Positions 9,754-17,679 of a DNA stretch of 64,000 nt are shown piece by piece. The stretch is taken from positions 72,229 through 136,228 of the forward strand of contig SUUT01000002.1 of NCBI GenBank assembly GCA_015062385.1, in the 5' to 3' direction. The stretch comes from Alphaproteobacteria bacterium. Its GTDB lineage: Bacteria; Pseudomonadota; Alphaproteobacteria; CAAHEQ01; UBA3637. How positions within the stretch are numbered: the stretch's first letter is position 1; every line of letters begins with the position of its first letter. Under the pieces are notes generated by a model, which saw only the letters and a list, made by a program, of their open reading frames with translations, ran no database searches and was not told the DNA's origin. Made by a program: the position numbers and the translations under genes.

Positions 9754-9911
9754 TGGTGGAACTAAAAAGGGTATGAAGTGACGAAAAAAATAAAAACAAG
9801 GCAGGGAGTGACGGAGCAGATAAAAAGGGTTTGGGATGATGAAGAAGATAAAAAGGACGCAGGGATGTTACTTAAAAATATAGATGATTGTCACGGCAAA
9901 GGTAAAAAGAA

Positions 9912-11225
9912 TCAATATTTATTTGCAGTGTGACAGATATTTTTTTTATTGTGTCGATTTTTTCTTTTGATATCGGGACGAGCAAAAGAAGTTAAGCGTT
10001 GTTGTTTTTTGAGTTTCAGCTTGTTATTCAGGATAGGGTCAACGGAAACTTTTGTAAAGTTCATATCTGCCGAAAATACTTCCCGAATTTCGGAACAAAG
10101 CATATTCCATGCCTTTAATTTAACTCGCCAACAATTAAAATGACGCAAAATGCCAAAATAAGAATTAAGTGTTGAGCGTGTTTTTTCAATTAATATTGTT
10201 TTGCTTTTGTGTGACATTGGTTGTTTCCATTCCTGATTTAAACGTTCTATTCTTTGGTAAAAAGTTTTTTGTAATCGTTTTGACGGATAGATACGATTGG
10301 GCAAAATATAGGCTCCGGTAAAGGAAAATCCTTTGGCATAATGTTGCAATGACACTTTTTTCGGATGAATGGTTAAATGCAATTCGGATTTTAAATAGTC
10401 AGTGATTTGTTGTTTGACCCGATGTAAAAAATCTTTATCCGGATGAATAAAAATCAAGTCATCAACATAACGGGCATAAAACAAATTCGCATCTAATGAG
10501 GTGGCATAATAATCAAAATCGTTCAAATAAAAATTGGCAAAAATCTGACTGGTTAAGTTGCCGATAGGCAATCCGCAATTTGTATTGGCAAAAAACAAAC
10601 TTTTTGATTGTGGTAATTCCGCCCAGTCTTCTATCGGTGTTTGATAATTGCAGTGACGAATAGGGTTGTCCGATAAAATTTCTTTCAAAAGATATAAAAT
10701 CTGTTCTTTGTTTGTGTGATGATAGTGCGTATTGACCAGCGTTTGGATTTTATTGAACAAAATGGTTTTATCAATGTGAAAGAAAAATCCCTGAATATCC
10801 AACCGCAATACAAAACAATCTTGTGTAAAATGGTTCGAACACGCTTGAAGCATTTCATAAACGGAACGAATGCCAAATAGTGTTCCTTTTCCGGCCCGAC
10901 AACTGTAAGAATGTTCGTAAAAAACATTTTCAAACAATCGAAGCAGTTTACCGATAACCAAATGATGAACAATCCTGTCCCGAAAGTTTGCCGCAAACAC
11001 TTCTCTCAGGACAGGATGCCTGACAATAAAGGCATTAGACGGGGCAATATGATATGTATGTGCCGTGATGTCTTGCCATAAGTTAATCAGATTTTGCTCA
11101 TAGTTTGCTTCAAACTTTAATGCTGCCATGCTGTGACGTTTATGTCTTCTGCAATCAAAATAGGCTTGAAACACTTCTTCCAAAGTAATATCCGATAATA
11201 AGTGATAAAAAGTAAGTTGTTCCAT
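9912..11225 (-). CDS. DGR reverse transcriptase
   Basis: REVFAANFRDRIVHH, LDIQGFF, GLPIGNLTSQ (the SQ variant typical of DGR RTs), RYVDD; adjacent TR and avd. Confidence 0.96.
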   Translation of the reverse strand: MEQLTFYHLLSDITLEEVFQAYFDCRRHKRHSMAALKFEANYEQNLINLWQDITAHTYHIAPSNAFIVRHPVLREVFAANFRDRIVHHLVIGKLLRLFENVFYEHSYSCRAGKGTLFGIRSVYEMLQACSNHFTQDCFVLRLDIQGFFFHIDKTILFNKIQTLVNTHYHHTNKEQILYLLKEILSDNPIRHCNYQTPIEDWAELPQSKSLFFANTNCGLPIGNLTSQIFANFYLNDFDYYATSLDANLFYARYVDDLIFIHPDKDFLHRVKQQITDYLKSELHLTIHPKKVSLQHYAKGFSFTGAYILPNRIYPSKRLQKTFYQRIERLNQEWKQPMSHKSKTILIEKTRSTLNSYFGILRHFNCWRVKLKAWNMLCSEIREVFSADMNFTKVSVDPILNNKLKLKKQQRLTSFARPDIKRKNRHNKKNICHTANKY

Positions 11226-11239
11226 AGTGACTTTTTTAT

Positions 11240-11337
11240 TTTAAAGGCGGGGTTATAAACATAAGGCGTTGTTGTTGTTGGTTCGTGTGTTTGTGTTCAC
11301 ATTACCATTATTGAGATTAACGTTATAGGCGGCACTG
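11240..11337 (-). ncRNA. DGR template repeat (TR)
   Basis: AAC/AAT-rich (in VR frame SAAYNVNLNNGNVNTNTRTNNNNALCL*), located between avd and RT, homologous to VR 8644-8744. Confidence 0.96.
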
Positions 11338-11458
11338 CACCGCTATAAAGTTGGAGGATTACCGCCTCCACGGGTAGTCAACACTGTTTTATATACCAAA
11401 CAAACGTTCGGTGATTGACCCTTTTAAAATAAAACACTTGCTCGCTCAAGGTAACGAT

Positions 11459-11845
11459 TTATTCATTCTCCTTGATTCCGGCACTTGTTTTTAACTGTTG
11501 CTTTCTCCTTTCCGCTTTGTACCAAGCACTTGCTTGGGAGGTAATTGATTCCATTGTTTGTGCCAAATAGGCTTGTGCCCGACAACTGATTAAGTTTAAA
11601 TCTGCACATAGTCTTAGGCAAACCCGTGTCTTTTCCAGTTGAAACATAAAGGTGTTGATGTGTTCCGATTTGTCTTCGCTGTGGTTTGCTCGTGATATTA
11701 TGGCACATAGTTCTAAGGCACTGTCGTTAAGCGTGTTCCCCAATGTATATTTATGTTCCCGTGAAAATTTTGTCGTGTACTGATGTATATCCCGTATCAG
11801 TTGATACGTTGCTATGTATATCGGTAATTTATCACTGCGTGTCAT
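11459..11845 (-). CDS. avd: DGR accessory variability determinant (Avd, four-helix bundle)
   Basis: LPIYIATYQL...KFSREHKYTLG...RVCLRLCADLNLIS...QASAW. Start set at ATG 11845, with a GGAG RBS overlapping the end of the upstream pilin-like gene. Confidence 0.9.
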   Translation of the reverse strand: MTRSDKLPIYIATYQLIRDIHQYTTKFSREHKYTLGNTLNDSALELCAIISRANHSEDKSEHINTFMFQLEKTRVCLRLCADLNLISCRAQAYLAQTMESITSQASAWYKAERRKQQLKTSAGIKENE

Positions 11846-11853
11846 AAAATGGT

Positions 11854-13635
11854 TTACTCCACAACAGGGCATTCGCCCAAATCATTTAAGTTAAAGTACA
11901 TATCCAAACAAACGCCCCACAACGGATTACTGCCTTTGGCATCAACCGTATCGGTACAGCCTTTTGATTTAAAGTTCATATAACAATATTGTTTTCGAGG
12001 GCAATCTGTTTGAACGGATAACATTTTTTCCAAATCAGGCATTTCCATTTCACAAGACGGATTTTTATTATTCATATCGGCACAAGCCCCGTAAATAATA
12101 CCCGTATAATTAGCACCGGCTGCTCCGGTACATGTTTCTGTTGTGAATGACAGATAACAATATTGACCTTTGGGACAATCGGATATGGATTGTACCATTT
12201 CTTGTGCATCGGGTAAATTAAGAGAGCAGGATGGATTTTTGTTATCCATAAAGGCACATACTCCATGAAGTGTTCCTGTGTGGTTTGCACCGGCGGCAGA
12301 GGTACACGTATTGTTTTTAAATGACAAATAACAATACTGACCATTCGGACACCCTTTGCTTTCTTTGACCATTTCTCCCGAAGATGGCATATCCGTTGAG
12401 CAAGAGGGATTTTTATTGTTCATATCGGAACAAACACCATAAATCGTTCCCGTATGGTTTGCTCCGGCAGAACTCGTACAAGAATCGTTTTTAAATGACA
12501 GATAGCAATATTGTCCGCTAGGGCATCCGTTAGATTGTGTCACCATATCCCCCTCAGAAGCCTTTTGAACGGCACAGGAAGCGTTTTTATTGTTCATATC
12601 GGTACAAACCCCATAAATGGTCTCTGCCCCCGTTGCAGACACGCTGGAACTGCAATCTGACGTTTTAAATGATAAATAACAATATTGTCCACTGGGGCAA
12701 GCAGTTCCGATAGTCATATTAAGTGTTTCTCCGTCTGATGCCAATCCGTTTGTATAAGAGCAATTTGTAGTCAATGTCATTGTATCTGATGAAACAGTAA
12801 AAGCACAATTTGTATGCATACCCATTGTTTCATCCGAAACTTCATAAGAACAATTTGTACTTAACGTCATTGTTTCATCGGATATCCGATAGGAACAGCC
12901 GGCTTTTCCTTTCATTTCGGCATTTTCAAAGCTGTATTTGCAAAAACCATCCGATTCGGGACATTCATCAACATTTTGTCCGCAAATTGTATTGCCTCCA
13001 CAGCACCAACGCCGTTCTCCGGACCAGCATTCACTTTCATTTTCGGCATCACAAATCGGATTGCAAAATGTGCGGGATTCGTTGGGTTCTTTTCCGACAG
13101 GACATTCATAACAAGTCCCCGTATTGGCATTGCAGTATCCGCCTTCCGATTCAACACATTCTTCGTTTGTTTCACAATCTTTACCGGGGGCACGTGTGCC
13201 GTTAAAGGCAAAAATAATATCCATTGGTTCCGGTGTACAACTTGTTACGGCACCGATCGTTGTTTCTTCATGTTCAATTTCTTGATAAAAAGATAATTGT
13301 TCATTGTTGCCCAGTTGCATAATCAGTTGGCACATTTCATTATCTATATTTTCAACAAGAACAAAGGTATCGCCGTCTTCATCTTTTCCGGTAAACATGT
13401 TGTATCCGCATTTGGGGGTAAAATCAACCGGTGTCCAATTGGTTTCTGCCTCGTTAACCCCTTGTGCATTGGCATAGGCGATATGTGCTTCTTGGATTAA
13501 TAAATTAGCGGTATATTTTTTCATCGCATAGCGATATCCTAATATCCCGCAGACAGATAAAATACCGATAATGGCTAAAACCCCTAGAATTTCTACCATA
13601 CTTCGTCCGGCTTGTGCGTTCTTGTATTTTTTCAT
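11854..13635 (-). CDS. Type IV pilin-like N-terminus, Cys-rich repeat surface protein (first gene of the DGR operon)
   Basis: Prepilin-like AG|RSMVEILGVLAIIGILSV; five ~58-aa CPxGQYCYLSF...YGVCxDMNNKNPSC repeats. Confidence 0.85.
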   Translation of the reverse strand: MKKYKNAQAGRSMVEILGVLAIIGILSVCGILGYRYAMKKYTANLLIQEAHIAYANAQGVNEAETNWTPVDFTPKCGYNMFTGKDEDGDTFVLVENIDNEMCQLIMQLGNNEQLSFYQEIEHEETTIGAVTSCTPEPMDIIFAFNGTRAPGKDCETNEECVESEGGYCNANTGTCYECPVGKEPNESRTFCNPICDAENESECWSGERRWCCGGNTICGQNVDECPESDGFCKYSFENAEMKGKAGCSYRISDETMTLSTNCSYEVSDETMGMHTNCAFTVSSDTMTLTTNCSYTNGLASDGETLNMTIGTACPSGQYCYLSFKTSDCSSSVSATGAETIYGVCTDMNNKNASCAVQKASEGDMVTQSNGCPSGQYCYLSFKNDSCTSSAGANHTGTIYGVCSDMNNKNPSCSTDMPSSGEMVKESKGCPNGQYCYLSFKNNTCTSAAGANHTGTLHGVCAFMDNKNPSCSLNLPDAQEMVQSISDCPKGQYCYLSFTTETCTGAAGANYTGIIYGACADMNNKNPSCEMEMPDLEKMLSVQTDCPRKQYCYMNFKSKGCTDTVDAKGSNPLWGVCLDMYFNLNDLGECPVVE

Positions 13636-13667
13636 ATTTTCTCCATAAGTCTTGTTGCATATTAATG

Positions 13668-13826
13668 AGTGTAATAAAAGGTACGTATAATTGCAACATT
13701 TTTTTTCACATTTTTGAATTTTTTTTGATTTTTACTAACTAATTCAATAAAAACAATAATTTTTCATTTTTGAAAAAAGTCGATTTTTGAGATTCGAAGC
13801 GGGAAAAAAAGGTACGTTTTTGTGCA
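13668..13826 (-). promoter_or_regulatory. Putative invertible promoter, copy 1, ON orientation for pilin-avd-TR-RT
   Basis: IR cores AAAAGGTAC (13676-13684) and GTACGTTTT (13812-13820); interior 13685-13811 = 127 bp. Minus strand reads TTGCAA (13696-13691), 17 bp, TACACT (13673-13668). Confidence 0.85.
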
Positions 13827-13923
13827 TATATCGTTTTTAACGGATGATATTTTGATGTTAAAATTATTATGTTATGATGAGATTCTGAGTAAATTTGAAT
13901 ATTGATAACCCTTTGATATCTAT

Positions 13924-14012
13924 GTTAATATGAACTTGTTTCAGATTCTTGGGAAAAACCGGCACAAACGATGTCCCATTATCGTCATGAGACTCCGATT
14001 TTGGGCATGGGA
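13924..14012 (+). repeat. Degenerate remnant of the REP-like repeat unit
   Basis: tgaacttgtttcagatt...cattatcgtcatgagactccgattttgggcatgg resembles the unit at 8973-9753. Confidence 0.65.
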
Positions 14013-14069
14013 TAAAAGAAGAAATACAATAAAGGGGAATGTTTTCTCGCTAAACTGTCAATATACAAC

Positions 14070-14097
14070 AATCCCCCGATTGGGCGGTCGGGGGATT
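14070..14097. terminator. Hairpin terminator after aas
   Basis: AATCCCCCGAT...GTCGGGGGATT. Confidence 0.7.
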
Positions 14098-14102
14098 AAA
14101 TT

Positions 14103-17100
14103 TTATTCGGTTACCAATTTTTTGGCTGTTTGATAATCAAACTTGCCTGTTCCTAACACTGGCGGTTGTTTCATATAAATAACTTTTTTCGGTACCCATA
14201 ATTCAGATAAACCTGTCTTTTTAAAATATGTTTGAATTTCTTTTGTTGATGCATTCTCTGCTGCCGTTACTAAAATCAATTGTTCGCCTTTTTTTGCATC
14301 GGGCAAGGTAATAATACCTTGTGTGATATTCGGATACATTTTTTCCAAAGCTTGTTCAACGGCTGTTAAAGATACCATTTCGCCGGCAATTTTGGCAAAA
14401 CGTTTGGCTCGTCCTTGAATGGAAATAAAATCATTTTCATCCAAAGAAACAATATCCCCTGTATTGTACCAACCATTTTTTGTCGGTTGCAAAACATTTG
14501 GTTTTTCGGCTTTCATATATCCTAACATAACATTATCGCCTTTTACCCACAGTTCACCACCGGTTTCAATACCTTCAATTGGTTTAATTTTCATTTCCAT
14601 CCCCGGTAATAAACGACCAACTGTTCCGTATTTTAGATACATAGGCGTATTTAAAGAAATAACGGGTGCAGTTTCTGTTGCCCCATAGCCTTCCAAAATC
14701 CGAACCCCGAATTTTTTCATCCATAAATCAGCAGTTGTTTCTTTTAGTTTTTCACCACCGACAATCGCATATTTTACACCAAAGAAATCAAACGGATTTG
14801 CCATGCGACCATAGCCGGAAAGGAATGTATCCGTTCCACAAATAATGGTTGCGTTTGAATCGTATGTTAATTCAGGCACAATTCGATAATGCAGTGGGGA
14901 AGGGTAATAAAATGTTCTAATACCCGATAGTGTTGTCATAATAGAACCGACACACAAACCGAAAGAGTGGAACATCGGTAACGCATTGAAAAATGTATCC
15001 GATGCGTTGACGCTTAAAACAGATAAAACCTGATTGCGATTTGCCTGAATGTTTTTGTGTGACAGTAAAACAGCTTTCGGCATTCCTTCTGAACCGGAGG
15101 TAAATAAAACAACTGCCGGTTTCTGCGGGTCGTTTTGCGGACGTGTCTGTATGAAAGCATCCAGTATGCCTTTTAATTTTGATCCCAAAGTGATTTGAGT
15201 AGCAAAATCTTCCATATAAACAACGTTAAATTCGGTTTTTAAGGCTTCTTCTAAATGTTCCAGATGTCCCAGTTGAATGAATTGACGAGAGGTCAGAATT
15301 GTTTTTAATCCGATTGTTTTTCCACTGGAAACAAGTTGTGTCGGTCCCAGTGAAAAGTTCATCATAGCAGGAACTTTGTCAATGCTTTGTAAGGCAAAGA
15401 ATGAAACCAGATTGACCAATGAGTTTGGCAATAATAAACCGATTTTGTCTTCATTCGGAAATGCTTTTTGAAAAGCTCTTCCCAAAACATAAGCCTTTGT
15501 TATCATTTTTTTGTAAGTCAACGGAACACGTTTAATATCTTCGGCAATTTTATGTTTTTTACCATATGTGTGCATGGCATCCAGTAATGAATTAAACAAG
15601 TGTTCATTTAAATCTGATGTTTGATACATCATATCGGTCATAATATCATATAATTGTTTAGAAATAAATGTTCTTCTATCTCGTCCGAAACAATCTTCCG
15701 GCACGTTTAAAACGGTGGGTTTAAGCAAGGTTAACGAAATATGCGGGAACAGACGGGTTTTATATTTTTTACCCATATACGAAAATTTTGAAAATTGAGC
15801 ACCTTTAATCCGAATTGGTACAATTTTGGCTTCGGCTTTGGCGGCAACCACACCGGCCCCCTCATAAATTTTCATTAATCCGCCGGAGGTAGTAATACGT
15901 CCTTCCGGAAAAATCATCACTTTTTTGTCTTTTTTCACTTCTTCAATCAATGACCGAATGGCCATCGGATTGGTCGGATCTAACGGATATAAATCAACCA
16001 GAACGGAAAATAGGCGAATATACCATTTTTTTGCCCATTCTGTATTAATGGCAAATGTGATTTTTTCAGGCATATAAGCAGCAACTAAAATCCCGTCTAA
16101 TAATGAACAATGATTGGCAATTAATAAAACCCGTTTACCGGCTTTGTGGAAATTTTGGATGTTATAAATCCGAATGTGAAAAAGCGGGCTTAATATAATC
16201 CGTAAAACAGATTTTAATGTTTCATGAGACAATAATTGCATAATGTAAACAGAAACAATCAAGCTCATAACGGCAATAAACAGGAAAAGTGAGGGAATGG
16301 AAAAGCCCATACTTAACAAACCGGCTGAAATGATTGAAATAACAGCCATTCCGAACGAATTAACAATATTGTTGCCGGCAATAACAGATGCCGTACAAGA
16401 TTTAGGAGCGTACGTTTGAATAAAAGCATTAAGTGGAACAATATATAATCCACCAAAAAATGCCATAGCAAACATACAAACGGATAACGCAATACCTCCA
16501 TTAAGCAAGAAAGCAACTAATCCGAAACTTTCGCTCGGGGCTTGATAATTTTTGGTTAAGAAATAAAAGATTAATCCGCAAACGGCCATAGCCAAAGATG
16601 TTAATGGAACATAGACGGCAGAAACAACACCTTTCAACAACTTATTGCAACTGACAGACCCGACACCGACTCCGATAGAGAATAATAATAAAAAGAAAGT
16701 AATCACATGTTGTTTGACGTTTAATACCTGACTGCATAGTGGGAAAATTTGAGTTAGGATTAAAGCTCCAACCGTCCAAAACCAAGTTGCTCCTAAAATG
16801 GATTTCCAAACAATGGGATAAGTATGAATAAGTTTTAAATTGCTGACTGTTTCGGCAAAAATATTTTTACGAATCGTTAAGGTTGGACGTGGAGCTTTTG
16901 CCGTTGGAATGTATCGGGCAGAAATGTATCCGATAACCGAACAGATAATTAACAGGACTATTGCAGTATTGATGTTTAAAATCGTGCCTAAAACAGCTCC
17001 TAAAATAATGGAAACATAAGTTGAAGCTTCAATATAACCATTTCCTGCAAGTAATTCATTTTTCTTTAATAATTGTGGTAAAAGAGCGTATTTTATTGGG

Positions 17101-17459
17101 CCAAAAAAGGCAGACTGGGTTCCCATTAAAAAGAGTAAAACAATTAAAAGTGTTAGGCTTTTGGTATAAAAAACAATGCCGGTTAAAATCATTAAAACCA
17201 ATTCAGTAATTTTTAAAAAACGAGCAATTTTATCCCGATTGTATTTATCGGCAATTTGGCCGGCCGTAGCTGAAAATAAAAAGAAGGGCAGAATAAATAA
17301 TCCGGCAACAACAGCCGATAAAATATCGGATTGTTCCGTCATTTTATAGGCAATCATAACCAATAACATATTTTTGAATAAATTATCGTTAAATGCCCCA
17401 AAAAACTGCACAATTAACAAAGGTAAAAAACGTTTTGTTTTTAAAATCGGATTAATCAT
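14103..17459 (-). CDS. aas: MFS (LplT-like) / acyltransferase / acyl-ACP synthetase fusion (Aas-like)
   Basis: N-terminal MFS QFFGAFNDNLFK; NHCSLLD and FPEG acyltransferase motifs; FTSGSEGMPK and EGYGATE AMP-binding motifs. Confidence 0.92.
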   Translation of the reverse strand: MINPILKTKRFLPLLIVQFFGAFNDNLFKNMLLVMIAYKMTEQSDILSAVVAGLFILPFFLFSATAGQIADKYNRDKIARFLKITELVLMILTGIVFYTKSLTLLIVLLFLMGTQSAFFGPIKYALLPQLLKKNELLAGNGYIEASTYVSIILGAVLGTILNINTAIVLLIICSVIGYISARYIPTAKAPRPTLTIRKNIFAETVSNLKLIHTYPIVWKSILGATWFWTVGALILTQIFPLCSQVLNVKQHVITFFLLLFSIGVGVGSVSCNKLLKGVVSAVYVPLTSLAMAVCGLIFYFLTKNYQAPSESFGLVAFLLNGGIALSVCMFAMAFFGGLYIVPLNAFIQTYAPKSCTASVIAGNNIVNSFGMAVISIISAGLLSMGFSIPSLFLFIAVMSLIVSVYIMQLLSHETLKSVLRIILSPLFHIRIYNIQNFHKAGKRVLLIANHCSLLDGILVAAYMPEKITFAINTEWAKKWYIRLFSVLVDLYPLDPTNPMAIRSLIEEVKKDKKVMIFPEGRITTSGGLMKIYEGAGVVAAKAEAKIVPIRIKGAQFSKFSYMGKKYKTRLFPHISLTLLKPTVLNVPEDCFGRDRRTFISKQLYDIMTDMMYQTSDLNEHLFNSLLDAMHTYGKKHKIAEDIKRVPLTYKKMITKAYVLGRAFQKAFPNEDKIGLLLPNSLVNLVSFFALQSIDKVPAMMNFSLGPTQLVSSGKTIGLKTILTSRQFIQLGHLEHLEEALKTEFNVVYMEDFATQITLGSKLKGILDAFIQTRPQNDPQKPAVVLFTSGSEGMPKAVLLSHKNIQANRNQVLSVLSVNASDTFFNALPMFHSFGLCVGSIMTTLSGIRTFYYPSPLHYRIVPELTYDSNATIICGTDTFLSGYGRMANPFDFFGVKYAIVGGEKLKETTADLWMKKFGVRILEGYGATETAPVISLNTPMYLKYGTVGRLLPGMEMKIKPIEGIETGGELWVKGDNVMLGYMKAEKPNVLQPTKNGWYNTGDIVSLDENDFISIQGRAKRFAKIAGEMVSLTAVEQALEKMYPNITQGIITLPDAKKGEQLILVTAAENASTKEIQTYFKKTGLSELWVPKKVIYMKQPPVLGTGKFDYQTAKKLVTE

Positions 17460-17679
17460 ATTGTTTATCTCCTTTTATAACTTAATTTTAAAGTATCATA
17501 GTATGATGATTATAAAAAAGCAAGAAAATATTATTTTTATTGAAAAATTTAAAACTTGTTTCGTTCGGTAAAAAAACTACCTGAAAAAATATATTCAATA
17601 ATTTCTTTTTAAGTGGACAAGTTCAAATGTTTTGTGTATAAGAATGTATTATATTTTTTTGATAGAAAAGGAAGAAAAA

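Noticed and set aside
9912-11225. Group II intron or retron RT
   Set aside because: The SQ motif, adjacent avd and a TR/VR pair with adenine-specific differences identify a DGR; no intron domain V or msr/msd seen.
11854-13635. Adjacent pilin-like gene as the DGR target
   Set aside because: No TR-homologous segment found in it by eye.
13668-13826. MITE/IS-end interpretation of the 127-bp elements
   Set aside because: No target-site duplications. Fixed position relative to an external -10 box and exact 17-bp promoter reconstitution argue for inversion switches, though this is not formally excluded without reads.
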